Origin: Candidatus Latescibacterota bacterium
Lineage (GTDB): Bacteria; Latescibacterota; UBA2968; UBA8231
DNA: 64,000 nucleotides
Reading direction: 5' to 3'
NCBI GenBank assembly: GCA_965217585.1
Contig: OZ244561.1
Span: forward strand, 1,856,001-1,920,000
This document shows, one piece after another, positions 28,138-39,149 of this stretch. The notes beneath the pieces are model-generated. The model was not told the origin of the DNA and did no database searches. It was given only the letters and a program-made list of their open reading frames with translations. Both the position numbers and the translations under genes were made by a program. Position 1 is the first letter of the stretch; the number at the start of each line of letters is the position of its first letter.

Positions 28138-28951
28138 GCTTCGGCCTCTGCGGGGACGATGTCGAGGGCGGCGGGCGCATCACTAAGTGCATCCCCATCG
28201 TCGAGCGGTTCCGGCTCCTCGTCGGGCAGATTGGCCGCCGCCTCGCGCATGTCCAGTTGGCCGGTGACCACATCGGCGATCAGGCGGGTGCGGTATTCCT
28301 GGAGCAGCTCGATTTGGCGGCAGGCGCGGCTGATGGCGGTGTCGATGTCGGCGGTTGCCTTGTCGAGGAAGCGGACGATAGAGGATTGTTCGGGGAGGGG
28401 CGGGAGGGCGATTTGTCTAGAGCCAATCCGGTCAACATTGAGATTGCCTTGCGTATTTACAGGTGCCTCACTCATCAATTCGGCTTTCATTGCTATAAAT
28501 AGGTGGTATAAGTAGTCGCGATCAACGTTCTGGCGCGGGACGAATCCAACCACGCTATCGGGGAAACACGCTTCAAAATCAAGAACGGCTACACGACATC
28601 ACGGGGACGTAATACCAGAAATTCACCGACGCACAAGCCGTCGTAATCGGGGCGCACCACCTTTGCCAAATAAGGGCGCAATTTTCCAAACAACACATCT
28701 CCAGCCTGAAACCGCTTTACTTGGCTATCAAGGCTCACATCCAGGCCAGGGTCCCTAATCCTGCCCGTCCAACTTTCGACGCGTTCCAAGGCGATACATA
28801 CTTCATCTTGGCGTCGTCCGTTACTCTGGTCAATTATATCCGCAACATTCACCTTCAACCGCCGCACCTCCCAATGTGTCGGCACATCGCCCAGCCACTC
28901 GACGCCGGAGGGTTTATAGTTGGGGTAGGATTTGATATTGGAGTCAATCAT
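28134..28951 (-). pseudogene. hsdS: Type I R-M specificity subunit, internally deleted and out of frame
   Basis: 5' part YKPSGVEWLGDVPTHWEV...FGKLRPYLAK stops at 28589; other frame continues FPDSVVGF...PPLPEQ...LIADVVTGQLD. Confidence 0.85.
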
Positions 28952-28957
28952 CAGGTC

Positions 28958-29662
28958 TCATGTTCCTCTTCTCAATATCCGAGGAATAGTCAACTGAACA
29001 GAGCATTGCGGAGTTTGAAAAGGATCTAATGGCAGATTGTACAATTCGCACATTTGCGCTAAAAATTGTGTCTGTCCACCATAGCTAGGGTGCCGTACTT
29101 GAAAGACTCTGTGCTGATACATTAAACGAGGTGCTGTTCGTGAAGCATCGTTGCCGATTGCAACTAGTCGGCGCGGCTTTAGAAGAAGGATGAGTTGAGA
29201 GAGAAATTTCTCCCCGGTCCTACGCTCAAGAGAATTATGAGATCGATTGCTGAAGGGATTACCGGGTTCGTGAGGGTGTAATGGGAAGACATTCCACAGA
29301 AAGACAGACACCTCGATTTGTGAGAGAGCACTCCAGATGACAGCAGCCGTCCTCTCGGCAGCTACGTCGCCTTTCGTTGGCCTCTGAATAGATAACCCCC
29401 ACCGTGCGGCGTATTCGTGAATATGAACATCGTCTGTTAAAGCAAGCCCTGTTCGCCTACCGCCGCGATAGCCAAGATCGCGCCCAATCCATATAGAATC
29501 AATATCCTGTTTTGTTGCAGCCTCAAGTACAGTCAATAACGTTTGTAAGCGACGTTGCGGCGCATCATCTAGGTCGTGAACAACACATCGATTTGAATAA
29601 GGGTTAAAGGCATTCTCAAATTTTAGCTTACTCAATGCCTCTACAAATTGCACTGGCTCCAC
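28958..29662 (-). CDS. Uracil-DNA glycosylase superfamily protein
   Basis: FNPY, IGRDLGYRGGRRTGLALTD, WNVFPLHPH, VAIGNDA, VRHPSYGG. Confidence 0.8.
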   Translation of the reverse strand: MEPVQFVEALSKLKFENAFNPYSNRCVVHDLDDAPQRRLQTLLTVLEAATKQDIDSIWIGRDLGYRGGRRTGLALTDDVHIHEYAARWGLSIQRPTKGDVAAERTAAVIWSALSQIEVSVFLWNVFPLHPHEPGNPFSNRSHNSLERRTGEKFLSQLILLLKPRRLVAIGNDASRTAPRLMYQHRVFQVRHPSYGGQTQFLAQMCELYNLPLDPFQTPQCSVQLTIPRILRRGT

Positions 29663-29678
29663 GGTCTATTCTCCATCA

Positions 29679-29835
29679 ACTAACATGTTGTACTTTGGCC
29701 GTCACGCCGCGCCGCTCGCGAACGATTTCATGGAGCCTCGTGGCGGGCAGGTTGATGTCCTGCGCCAATCCGTTGACGGTCAGCCCCATTTCCTCAATCT
29801 GCTCTAGAAGAAACGCGCCGGGATGAGTGGCAATT
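29679..29835 (-). pseudogene. Truncated second copy of higA
   Basis: IATHPGAFLLEQIEEMGLTVNGLAQDINLPATRLHEIVRERRGVTA near-identical to 30523-30660; 5' start codon lost, early stop. Confidence 0.8.
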
Positions 29836-29932
29836 CCTCTTTCATCCGTTGGTCTAGACGATTGACCATTCTGGCGAACTTGCGGCTCGGCGTTTCAAAC
29901 CCGGTAATTCGCACCTGTCGTGGGGCCATGGC

Positions 29933-30367
29933 CTATGGATTTTCCATTGACGCCATAAATTCTGAGCCGCTGGCGCATGTTCCGCCTGTGCTTGGAGCGA
30001 GTGCCCCGTCGTGGATCATTATAGCCCAGCGAAGCTCTTGGAGCGACGCAACGAGATATTCAAACAGCTTGTCTAGGCGTTCCAATGCTGCGAAGACCTC
30101 GGCTCCATATGCTTCTGCGCCTCCTATCCGCTGCAAGGCGTCCCGGACATCGTGCAATTCTTCTCTTTCCTTACGGAAGTATCCCTCGCTTTTCTCCAGC
30201 TCGGGCACCACGATGCCGTCAGGGTCCATTGCACGGCCCAGAGGAAAACCTTCAGCCGCTTTCTGGAGTCGCCCCTGAAAGGCGGTACAGACATTGGCTA
30301 CAGCATCGTGGCGTTCACGAAAACTTTCGGTTAATTCCTCAGTCGGATTTTGACGCCAGCAGGTCAT
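29933..30367 (-). CDS. Hypothetical protein, possible antitoxin
   Basis: 144 aa ORF overlapping higA stop; followed immediately by short MAPRQVRITGFETPSRKFARMVNRL ORF resembling a RelE-like N-terminus. Confidence 0.5.
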   Translation of the reverse strand: MTCWRQNPTEELTESFRERHDAVANVCTAFQGRLQKAAEGFPLGRAMDPDGIVVPELEKSEGYFRKEREELHDVRDALQRIGGAEAYGAEVFAALERLDKLFEYLVASLQELRWAIMIHDGALAPSTGGTCASGSEFMASMENP

Positions 30368-30681
30368 ACTGCCGTAGCCCGATCCTTAGCGCGACGGCGG
30401 ACCCTCGAACGAATCTCCTTGCCATTCTCGACCAATTCTCTTGATAACTCATAAACCTTCTGGGCATTCATCCAAAACTCTGGAGTCTGGCCGAAGTACT
30501 CGCCAAGGGCGATCGCCGTCTCGGCCGTCACGCCGCGTCGCTCGTGAACGATTTCATGGAGCCTCGTGGCGGGCAGGTCGATGTCCTGCGCCAATCCGTT
30601 GACGGTCAGCCCCATCTCCTCGATCTGCTCCAGAAGAAACGCACCGGGATGGGTGGCGATCCGATTTGTGGGTACATTCAT
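30364..30681 (-). CDS. higA: HigA-family addiction module antitoxin
   Basis: THPGAFL...RLHEIVHERRGVTAETAIALGEYFGQTPEFWMNAQ..Y. Confidence 0.9.
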   Translation of the reverse strand: MNVPTNRIATHPGAFLLEQIEEMGLTVNGLAQDIDLPATRLHEIVHERRGVTAETAIALGEYFGQTPEFWMNAQKVYELSRELVENGKEIRSRVRRRAKDRATAV

Positions 30682-30717
30682 AATATTACCTCTCCATTCC
30701 TCATTCATAGTGGTTAC

Positions 30718-32078
30718 TCAACTCAACCCGCTGGCATCGATGAGCTGTACCTTGCCGCGCCGATGCTCTAACTTGCGATTGCTGAGCACCCAGATGTAGG
30801 TGGCAATGCCCGTGTTGAAAACATGTTGAGCGGCAGCGCGACAATGGCCTCCAGATAGTCGTTCTCAATGATCCAGCGGCGGATATTGCTCTCACCTTGG
30901 CCGGCGTCGCCGGTGAACAGGGAGCTGCCGTTGTGGACCTCGGCGATGCGGCTGCCGAGCAGGGTCTGCTGCTTCATCTTACTCAGCATGTTGGCGAGGA
31001 ACAGCATCTGACCATCGCTGGAGCGGGTGACCAGCGAGTATTCGGGATCGCCCGCGTGCTCAAAGAGAAAGCGCGGGTCGCGCATGTCGCTCTTGCCGCC
31101 CAAGCGGTCGAGGTCGCTCTTCCAACTCTTGCCGTACGGCGGATTGGAGAGCATGAAGTCGAACTCGTGGGTCAGGAACGCGTCGTTGGCCAGCGTCGAG
31201 TACGCCGGGCCACCGACAATGTTATCGGCCGCGTCGCCTTCGCCCTTGAGCAGCAGATCGGCCTTGCAGATGGCGTAGGTTTCGGCGTTGATCTCCTGCC
31301 CGTAGAGGTGCGTCGCCACCTGCTTGCCGCGCTCGCGGGCGATCTCTTGCAGCGTCTCTTCGGCGACCGTCAACATGCCGCCGGTGCCGCAGGCGCCATC
31401 GTAGAGCAGGTAGGTGCTGGACTCGATCTGGTCGGCGACCGGCAAGAAAATGAGCTTGGCCATCAGCTTGACGGCATCGCGCGGCGTCCAGTGCTCGCCC
31501 GCCTCCTCGTTGTTCTCCTCGTTGAAGCGCCTGACCAGTTCCTCAAAGACCGTGCCCATGCCGTGATTGTCGAGGCCGGGCAGCTTCACCGAGCCGTCGG
31601 CGTTTTTGACCGAGTGCGGGCTTAGGTTGACGTCGGGCGACGTCAGCTTCTCGATCAGCGTACCGAGCGCATCAGCGCTAGAGAGGCGCGAGATCTGGTT
31701 GCGGAACTCGAAGCAGTCGAGAATGTCCTGCACGTTGGACGAGAAGCCGTCGAGGTACGCCTCGAAATCGGCGCGGAGCTGCTGCTGGTTGGCGCGGGAT
31801 CTCAGGTCCCGCAGAGTGAACGGGGAAGTGTTGTAGAAGGCTTGCCCGGCCGCGTCGCGCAGCGGCCCCTCCTGCTCCACCACGCCCGCCTTGTCGAGCA
31901 GATCACGTCGCTCCAGAACGTCCGCCTTGCTGTCTTCGAGCACTGCATCCAAGCGGCGCAGCACCGTCATAGGCAGAATCACGTCGCGGTACTTGCCGCG
32001 TACGTATAGGTCGCGTAGCACGTCGTCGGCAATACTCCAGATGTAGTTGGCGATCCAGTTAAGCTCGCCGTGCTGCAT
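30718..32078 (-). pseudogene. hsdM: Type I R-M methyltransferase subunit M, frameshifted and 3'-truncated
   Basis: GEHWTPRD, YDGACGTGGML, NPPY motifs; 1-nt loss near 30818-30821 (LPLNMF|[15 protein letters not shown]...VQLIDAS in shifted frame), then stop at 30718. Confidence 0.9.
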
Positions 32079-32184
32079 GGTTTCCTCCTCAATGTTTCTG
32101 CGTAATTCTAACAGACGCCCCATCCCCCGACAAGCAAGCCGCCCGCGTCTTGCTCTCTCTACCACGCCCCGTATTTTACCCTAC

Positions 32185-33021
32185 ATGATCCGCAAGGTAC
32201 AGTCCATCGCCATCGCCTTGCTCTTGGCGACCCATGCCAGTTGTCTGGCCCCGTCTGACGACGGCGCGGAACCCGCCGCCCTCCAGCCTCAACCGCCCGC
32301 TGAAATCCCCACGTACTCCTACCGAGTCGCCCGCGCCTTTCCGCACGACCCGGACGCCTTCACCCAAGGGCTGCTCTACGACGACGGCTTTCTCTACGAA
32401 AGCACCGGCCAGTACGGCCAGTCGTCCCTGCGCAAGGTCGAGCTCGAAACCGGGACCATTGTGCAGCTCCACCAGCTAGACGAGCGCTTCTTCGCCGAGG
32501 GCCTCGCCCTCTTCGGCAATCGCCTCCTCCAGCTAACTTGGCGGGCCAACAAAGGCTTTGCCTATCGGCTCGATTCTTTTGAGCCGCTAGCGGAATTCGC
32601 CTATCCCACCGAGGGCTGGGGGCTGACGTACAACGGCGAACTACTCATTATGAGCGATGGCAGCGCGACCCTTTACTTCCGCGATCCGTTTACCTTTGCC
32701 GAGGTAGGCCGGGTCGCCGTGGTGGCCCAAGGCCGTCCCGTGTCTCAGCTCAACGAACTGGAATGGGTCGCCGGCGAGGTCTTTGCCAATATCTGGCAGA
32801 CCGACACCATTGCCCGCATCGACCCGGCGACCGGCCAAGTCGCGGGGTGGATAGACCTGACCGGGCTGCTGAGCGACGCGGACCGCCGTGGCTCCAACGC
32901 CGAGGTGCTCAATGGCATTGCCTACGACCCCAAAGGCGAGCGCCTCTTCGTCACCGGCAAGTGGTGGCCCAAGCTCTACCAAATCGAACTCGTATCCCCT
33001 TCACCAAGAGGTACCCCATGA
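32185..33021 (+). CDS. Glutaminyl-peptide cyclotransferase (beta-propeller type), lipoprotein-like
   Basis: PHDPDAFTQGL, YESTGQYG, FAEGL, QLTW, EGWGLT, SDGS, LNELE, VLNGIAYD, TGKWWP. Confidence 0.92.
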   Translation: MIRKVQSIAIALLLATHASCLAPSDDGAEPAALQPQPPAEIPTYSYRVARAFPHDPDAFTQGLLYDDGFLYESTGQYGQSSLRKVELETGTIVQLHQLDERFFAEGLALFGNRLLQLTWRANKGFAYRLDSFEPLAEFAYPTEGWGLTYNGELLIMSDGSATLYFRDPFTFAEVGRVAVVAQGRPVSQLNELEWVAGEVFANIWQTDTIARIDPATGQVAGWIDLTGLLSDADRRGSNAEVLNGIAYDPKGERLFVTGKWWPKLYQIELVSPSPRGTP

Positions 33022-33533
33022 CCCAAGACCGCGTTCCCGTGTGCATCGCCGTGCTCACGGTCTCCGACACCCGCGACGAAACAACCGACAAGTCCGGCAA
33101 GCTGCTGGCCGAGCGCCTCGCAGCGGCCGGCCACATCTTGCACGAAAAGCAAATCCTGCCCGACGACATCTATCAGCTCCGCGCCCAAGTCTCGCAGTGG
33201 ATCGCCGAGCCCCGCGTCCAAGCCATCGTCACTACCGGAGGTACCGGCCTCACGGGCCGCGATGGGACGCCCGAGGCCGTCAGCGTGCTCTTCGACAAGG
33301 AAATCGAGGGCTTTGGCGAGGTCTTTCGCGTGCTGTCCTACGATGAGATCGGCACCGCGACCTTGCAATCGCGCTGCGTGGCCGGCGTCGCCAACAGCAC
33401 CTACATCTTCTGCCTGCCCGGCTCCTCGGGGGCTTGCGCCACCGGCTGGGACAAGCTCATCGGGCCGCAGCTAGATTCCACCAACCAGCCCTGTAACCTC
33501 GTCGATCTGATGCCGAGATTGTCCGAAACTTAG
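33018..33533 (+). CDS. moaB: Molybdenum cofactor biosynthesis protein B
   Basis: AVLTVSDTR..DKSG, TTGGTGLTGRDGTPEA, GFGEVFR, LPGS. Confidence 0.92.
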   Translation: MTQDRVPVCIAVLTVSDTRDETTDKSGKLLAERLAAAGHILHEKQILPDDIYQLRAQVSQWIAEPRVQAIVTTGGTGLTGRDGTPEAVSVLFDKEIEGFGEVFRVLSYDEIGTATLQSRCVAGVANSTYIFCLPGSSGACATGWDKLIGPQLDSTNQPCNLVDLMPRLSET

Positions 33534-33556
33534 ACGAGAGGAACTGCGCGCCTAGC

Positions 33557-36430
33557 TCAGTTCAAGTAGTTCTTGAGGAATTGCCCGGTGTACGACTCGC
33601 TCACCTCGGCGAGTTCCTCCGGGGTGCCCTGCCCGACGATCTGGCCGCCGTTGTGGCCGCCCTCGGGACCTAAGTCGATGATGTAGTCCGCGGTCTTGAT
33701 GACATCGAGGTGGTGCTCGATGACCAAGACCGTATGACCGGCCTCGACCAAGCGGTTGAGGCTGTCGAGCAGACGCTGAATATCTGCTAGGTGCAGCCCA
33801 GTGGTAGGCTCGTCGAGCAGGTAGAGGTTGCTCTTGCCGCGCTTGAGCTTGCCCAGCTCGTCGGCTAGCTTGACGCGCTGGGCCTCGCCGCCCGACAGCA
33901 GGGGAGCCGGGTGGCCAATTTGCAAATAGCCCAGCCCCAAATCGTTGAGTACGCCCAGCTTGTGGGCGATGAGCCGCTGGTCGGCGAAAAAATCCACCCC
34001 ATCCTCTATGGTCATCGCCAAGACCTCGGCGATGTTCTTGTCCTGATAGGTAACCTCGAGCGTGTCCTGATTGTAACGCGCGCCCTTGCAGGTGGGGCAA
34101 GGCACCTCCACATCGGCCATCAAATGCAGCTTAGTGGTGACCGTGCCCTCGCCGCCGCACTCCTCGCAGCGGCCTCCCTTGACGTTGAAGCTAAAGCGCG
34201 AGGCCGTATAACCGCGCTCCCCGGCCTCGGGCGTCTGGGCGAAGAGGCGGCGGATGTTGTCGTAGAAGCCGATGTACGTGGCCGGGTTGGAGCGGGGCGA
34301 GCGGCCGATGGGGGATTGGTCGATGTTGATCACATCGCTTATGTGCTCGACCCCGTCGAGGCGGTCGTGCGCGCCCGACAGCACGCGGCTGTCGTGGAAG
34401 ATGGAGTAGAGCTTCTTGTAGAGAATGTCGTGGACGAGGGAGCTCTTGCCCGAGCCAGAGGCCCCGCTGACGCAGACGAAGACCCCCAAGGGGATTTTGA
34501 CGTCGAGGTCGTCGAGGTTGTTGGCGCGGGCACCGCGGACGCGCAGGCTGTGGCCGTTGAGCGGGCGGCGCTCGACCGGCACGCTGATGTGCTGGCGGCC
34601 CGTGAGAAACTGGCCGGTTAGGGAGTTGGGGTTTTTCAATACCTGGCGAATGGTGCCCTCGGCGGCGATGCGACCACCGTGCACACCCGGCCCAGGGCCG
34701 AGCTCAATGATGTGATCGGCCGCCCGAATGGTCTCCTCGTCGTGCTCCACCACAATAACCGTGTTGCCGACATCGCGCAGGCGGCGCAGTGTCTCAATCA
34801 TCTTGACGTTGTCTTTGGGATGCAGGCCAATGGAAGGCTCGTCGAGCACGTAGAGCATGCCCATTAGGCCGGAACCGATCTGCGTGGACAGGCGAATGCG
34901 CTGGGCCTCGCCGCCGGAGAGGGTCCCCGCCCGGCGAGTGAGACTGAGATAATCCAAGCCAATGCCCATGATGAGGTCGAGCCGCAGTGCGAGCTCGCGC
35001 ACGATCTGCTCGCCGGCCTGCTTCCTCTGCACGGGCATGGGAACGTCGCTGAGAAAATCGCGCAGCTCCTGCAGGTGCATCTCGCACAGGTCGTGGATGG
35101 TGCGTCCGGCGACGGTGACGAGCATGCGCGTGGCTTTGAGCCGCGTGCCGCCGCAGTCCGGGCAGTCGTACTCGACCATGACCTTGCGCAGGTAGTCCTC
35201 CATCCCCGAATGCGCCACCCCTTGGCGGCGATAGCGGCGGTAGCGGCGATCAATCTGGTTGATGATCCCATCGAAAGAGACCTTGCGCCCTTTGTAGCGA
35301 CGGCCTTCGGTCGCGCCCGGCGGCAGGACAATAGTGAAGCGCTTGCCTTTGGTGCCGTAGAACAGCACGTCAACGATGCGGTCGGACAGCTCGGCAAAGG
35401 GCGTGTCCAAGTCGAAGCCGTAGTGTTGGGCCAAGCTGCATAAGATGCGGCCGCCCCACCCATTGCGGTCGTAGTTGAATGCCTCGCGCACAAAGGCACC
35501 GTCGATAATACTCCGGCTCTTGTCGGGTACCAGCAGATCGGGATGGACCTGTAGATAGGTGCCCAAGCCCGAACAGGTGACGCAGGCGGAGAGCGGCTCG
35601 TTGAAGGTGAAGTAGCCCTGGGTCAGCTCGGCCATGCTGAGGCGATGCTCGGGGCAGCCGAAGCCTTCGTAGAAGGCCGCGACCTCTTGGGCAGAAGCGA
35701 TTTGCGGATTCAGCAGGTGGAAGCTGAGAAAGTTCTCGCCCACCACTAGGCCGTGCTCAATGGAAGCGAGGAGCTGTTTCTGCAGGTCGCCGCCGATGAC
35801 GAAGCGGTCGATGACCACCTCGATGTGGAAATCCTCGTTCTCGTCGAGCTCGAGTTCCTCGCTCAGGTCGCATAGCTCGCCTTCGATGCGCACCCGCCGG
35901 TAGCCCTTGGTGCGAATGTCGTCAAAGAGGAAGGCGTAGTCCTCGCCGTAGATCTTAAACACCGGCGCGCGGATTTCTACCTCGGCCCCGGTCGGCAGGG
36001 ACAGCAAGTGCTCGGCCATCTGGTAGGGCGTGCGATAGGTGATGGGGCGGCGGCAATAGGGGCAGTGGGCTTGGCCCACCGTGGAGTAGAGCATGCGCAG
36101 GTATTCGTACAGGTCGGTCATGGTGCCGACGGTCGAGCGCGGATTGTTGAAGATGGTCTTCTGCTCAATGGAAATGACCGGCGAAAGCCCGGTGACGAAA
36201 TCGACATCCGGCTTCTTCATATGCTCGACGAAGCGCTTGGCATAGGTGGACATGGACTCCATGAAGCGCCGCTGGCCCTCGGCGTACACCGTGTCGAAGG
36301 CCAGCGAGGATTTGCCCGAGCCGCTGATGCCGGTGATGACGACCAGTTTATCGCGCGGGATGCTGATGTCGATGTTCCGCAGGTTGTTCTCGCGTGCGCC
36401 CTTAATGGCGATCGCGTCTCGCATAGCCAT
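33557..36430 (-). CDS. uvrA: Excinuclease ABC subunit A
   Basis: Two ABC cassettes ([26 protein letters not shown] x2), zinc fingers, RSNPATY. Confidence 0.93.
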   Translation of the reverse strand: MAMRDAIAIKGARENNLRNIDISIPRDKLVVITGISGSGKSSLAFDTVYAEGQRRFMESMSTYAKRFVEHMKKPDVDFVTGLSPVISIEQKTIFNNPRSTVGTMTDLYEYLRMLYSTVGQAHCPYCRRPITYRTPYQMAEHLLSLPTGAEVEIRAPVFKIYGEDYAFLFDDIRTKGYRRVRIEGELCDLSEELELDENEDFHIEVVIDRFVIGGDLQKQLLASIEHGLVVGENFLSFHLLNPQIASAQEVAAFYEGFGCPEHRLSMAELTQGYFTFNEPLSACVTCSGLGTYLQVHPDLLVPDKSRSIIDGAFVREAFNYDRNGWGGRILCSLAQHYGFDLDTPFAELSDRIVDVLFYGTKGKRFTIVLPPGATEGRRYKGRKVSFDGIINQIDRRYRRYRRQGVAHSGMEDYLRKVMVEYDCPDCGGTRLKATRMLVTVAGRTIHDLCEMHLQELRDFLSDVPMPVQRKQAGEQIVRELALRLDLIMGIGLDYLSLTRRAGTLSGGEAQRIRLSTQIGSGLMGMLYVLDEPSIGLHPKDNVKMIETLRRLRDVGNTVIVVEHDEETIRAADHIIELGPGPGVHGGRIAAEGTIRQVLKNPNSLTGQFLTGRQHISVPVERRPLNGHSLRVRGARANNLDDLDVKIPLGVFVCVSGASGSGKSSLVHDILYKKLYSIFHDSRVLSGAHDRLDGVEHISDVINIDQSPIGRSPRSNPATYIGFYDNIRRLFAQTPEAGERGYTASRFSFNVKGGRCEECGGEGTVTTKLHLMADVEVPCPTCKGARYNQDTLEVTYQDKNIAEVLAMTIEDGVDFFADQRLIAHKLGVLNDLGLGYLQIGHPAPLLSGGEAQRVKLADELGKLKRGKSNLYLLDEPTTGLHLADIQRLLDSLNRLVEAGHTVLVIEHHLDVIKTADYIIDLGPEGGHNGGQIVGQGTPEELAEVSESYTGQFLKNYLN

Positions 36431-36446
36431 AGTGTGTCCTGTTGTG

Positions 36447-37385
36447 CTAGTGTAGGCCCCAATCGGACCCGTCGCCGTCGTAGTGATAGGCTGCTTCCTG
36501 TAGCTCTACGCGGCTCTTTTCGGTGAGGCGCAGCGGTGCCGACATCTTTTGTAGCAAGCCCTTTTCGACCAGCCACTCGCAGGCAAAGTCCGCGCCTTCC
36601 ATCTTGAAGTGCTCTTCTATTTCCGACACCGTGCGCATGGCCTCGGCCTCCTCCAAATAGTCAATCAGGGGCTGGAACAGGTCCCAGAGGTGGTCGTCGA
36701 GGTAGGTCTCTACGCGCTGGAGGGCCGCCTTGAGGGTGCGGGCGTTTTTGGGGGCGGCGATCAGATCCGTGTAGATGGCGTTGAAGAACTCGGGGTTAAA
36801 GGCGAGGGCTTGGTGAATGACCTCGCGGCCCGGGGCTTGGCCGTTGAGGATGCACTCGACGCTGGCGAGCTGATCGGCCACGTTGAGGAACCACAGGAAG
36901 CTGTAGTTGTAGTCCTTCTTCACCTGGTACCACTTCTGGGCTTTGGTCAAGGTGGCCAACAGCGGAAGGGCGCGCCGCAGCAACTGGTAGTCGCGGTCGC
37001 GCGCGCCGATGCGCTCGGCGTCTTTGTACCACGCGGCAATGGACTCGTCCTTGGAGAACAGGAGGGTGCTGTGGGCGAAGGTAAAGTCGAGCCAGCCGCC
37101 TTGGCGCGAGCCTTCTATGTTTAACTGGAACCGCTTGCGCGGGATGAGATTGGCGTGGATGATGACGCCTTCCTCGGTGAGGCAGTGGTCCTCGTAGCGC
37201 CGCACCTTGGGGTCATCGGCCATGACGATCCACAAGTCGATGTCGGACTTCTCCCAAACCTGATCGTACGAATAGGAACCATAGACGATGGCGGCCAAGA
37301 CCGTGCGGTCTTGTTGGAGTTTTTGGGTCAAGGCGTCGAGCGCCCGGCGATAGCGCTCTTGGACTGCTTGCTGAGACCGAGACAT
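36447..37385 (-). CDS. Pol-beta-type nucleotidyltransferase-domain protein
   Basis: [19 protein letters not shown]..DxD motif; helical C-domain; directly upstream of uvrA. Confidence 0.75.
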   Translation of the reverse strand: MSRSQQAVQERYRRALDALTQKLQQDRTVLAAIVYGSYSYDQVWEKSDIDLWIVMADDPKVRRYEDHCLTEEGVIIHANLIPRKRFQLNIEGSRQGGWLDFTFAHSTLLFSKDESIAAWYKDAERIGARDRDYQLLRRALPLLATLTKAQKWYQVKKDYNYSFLWFLNVADQLASVECILNGQAPGREVIHQALAFNPEFFNAIYTDLIAAPKNARTLKAALQRVETYLDDHLWDLFQPLIDYLEEAEAMRTVSEIEEHFKMEGADFACEWLVEKGLLQKMSAPLRLTEKSRVELQEAAYHYDGDGSDWGLH

Positions 37386-37537
37386 GGCAGTTCCTGACGA
37401 GGAAATCAACGTGCGAGCGGCACAAAATATACTGAACATACGTATAGTTGTCAAGGTGTCGCATGGCCTAGCTGTGTGGCGTCTTCCGAAGGCGTCCGTG
37501 AGCCGCTATATATAAAGGATAGAGACGCTGTTTTCTG

Positions 37538-37571
37538 AGCCACCCGCTTGCGAAAAGCAGGCGGCTTTTTT
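37538..37571 (+). terminator. Terminator-like hairpin
   Basis: AGCCACCCGCTT-GCGAA-AAGCAGGCGGCT followed by T-run. Confidence 0.5.
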
Positions 37572-37572
37572 G

Positions 37573-37600
37573 TTGACAATGGAAATCGCCGCCCTATTTT
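37573..37600 (+). promoter_or_regulatory. Possible sigma70 promoter
   Basis: TTGACA, 16-bp spacer, TATTTT. Confidence 0.35.
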
Positions 37601-37751
37601 TGTTCGTGTTTTTATAACTGTTTACATAAAATCCTCTGATCATCGTGGATATCTTGAGATAGGGTACCTCCCTACTGACGACCACTCAAGAAACGCCCTC
37701 ATCCAATCGACCGAGCTGCTCAGACGATACCGACCTAATAAGGAGGAAAGA

Positions 37752-39149
37752 ATGGTACGAATAAATTGTCCGAAATGTTCGACTGAACTTAGCGATACTG
37801 CATTAAGATGCCCCAAATGCGGTGTTCGATTGACGAAGTCCAAAAGGGACTTTTGGGGTAATCTTCTTAAGTGGATTATTGGGTTCATTATTCTGATGGT
37901 TTTTTGGTTTATTTTTGGGACGAAGAGTATCATGGGATTCCTGTCAATGCTTGGGGGCATCATTTTTTTGACGATGATCGTTGGACTGATTAAGCCCTCA
38001 ATCCTGCGAATGCCGTCGTTGAGTTCAAGACTTCGTGTGTTTGGAGTAGGGACTTTCAGCCTTATTGTTCTCTCATTCATCCAAGAGTCGTTTGAGCCTC
38101 AGCCGACTCAAGATGGCAAGCGGAGCGTGGAGATAGAAAAGACCGAAATTTCCGATTCCGAGAGCAAATCTGATGTTAAGGAAAACGAAGAGAGGAAAGA
38201 ACGTATAGAGGCCGGAAAGCTCCGAGAAGCCGAACAGTTGCGCCGCCGAACGAAGGATCCAACCTACGTGAGTGATCTCAGGGCTGCTCTTAAAGAGGGT
38301 AAAAAACTAATCAGCGAGGCTGAATCCGCCCTTAAGGCGCGAAATTATAATCTGGCAAAATCACTGTTGGATTCGATATTAGAGACTCCAGACCTTTACG
38401 AACGACACAAGGTATATATTTTTCCCAAACATGTGAGTTTTGTGTTTTTGGAAAAGAAGTACTCTAAACCTTCCTCTTGGTTCCACCCGGAGGAAGAACA
38501 GGCCTACAATCAACGATTTCAGGCCGCACGACTTGATAATGTTGTCAGATTTCGGGAGGCTGAATCTCAGTACGAAGACGCAGGCGATCTGTCCACGAAG
38601 CGAGACAGTTTTGAGCGATTAGTAGAACTTGCTCTTCTGTGGGAATTTCGTTCTCACCATGATGCACTGATATATATCCTGTATGGAGGAGAATCATATA
38701 GATTTGTGAAGAACATTGACTTCACCGATGGACGTCTGACAGTCTCTCTTCGGGCGAAAGACTCCTACTCCATAGACCTATCCGACGGAACAGTAGAACC
38801 CAAGCACCCAGTTGATACAATAAAAAATTCGCATGATTTCATTCAATTGTTATTTACTAAGTATAGTACTCGTGTCCCTATATACTTTAGGAAAGAACTT
38901 GCGAAGGACTTCGACAAAGTAGATGAGGTGATTATTGCATTGTACTGGCCTGCTGCAACTGTGAAATCCGGTGGAGATCTCCTCGCTGCTCGGTATGGAA
39001 TCAAACGTACTAAATTCGACCGGAAGAAATGGAGAAAACTCAAGGCGAAGGATGGAACATTCCAGGACTATTTGAAGATACATGGGACCTACTATCTGCA
39101 TAAGGACATGCCCGACAAAGGCACTCCTGCCCACATTCTCAAAGGGTGA
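37752..39149 (+). CDS. Zinc-ribbon membrane-anchored hypothetical protein (AT-richer DNA)
   Basis: AGGAGG + ATG 37752; CPKC...CPKCG, three hydrophobic segments, large soluble domain. Confidence 0.75.
   Translation: MVRINCPKCSTELSDTALRCPKCGVRLTKSKRDFWGNLLKWIIGFIILMVFWFIFGTKSIMGFLSMLGGIIFLTMIVGLIKPSILRMPSLSSRLRVFGVGTFSLIVLSFIQESFEPQPTQDGKRSVEIEKTEISDSESKSDVKENEERKERIEAGKLREAEQLRRRTKDPTYVSDLRAALKEGKKLISEAESALKARNYNLAKSLLDSILETPDLYERHKVYIFPKHVSFVFLEKKYSKPSSWFHPEEEQAYNQRFQAARLDNVVRFREAESQYEDAGDLSTKRDSFERLVELALLWEFRSHHDALIYILYGGESYRFVKNIDFTDGRLTVSLRAKDSYSIDLSDGTVEPKHPVDTIKNSHDFIQLLFTKYSTRVPIYFRKELAKDFDKVDEVIIALYWPAATVKSGGDLLAARYGIKRTKFDRKKWRKLKAKDGTFQDYLKIHGTYYLHKDMPDKGTPAHILKG

Noticed and set aside
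30818-30821. Programmed frameshift or phase variation in hsdM
   Set aside because: Only a 4-nt run and the gene is truncated shortly after; fits decay
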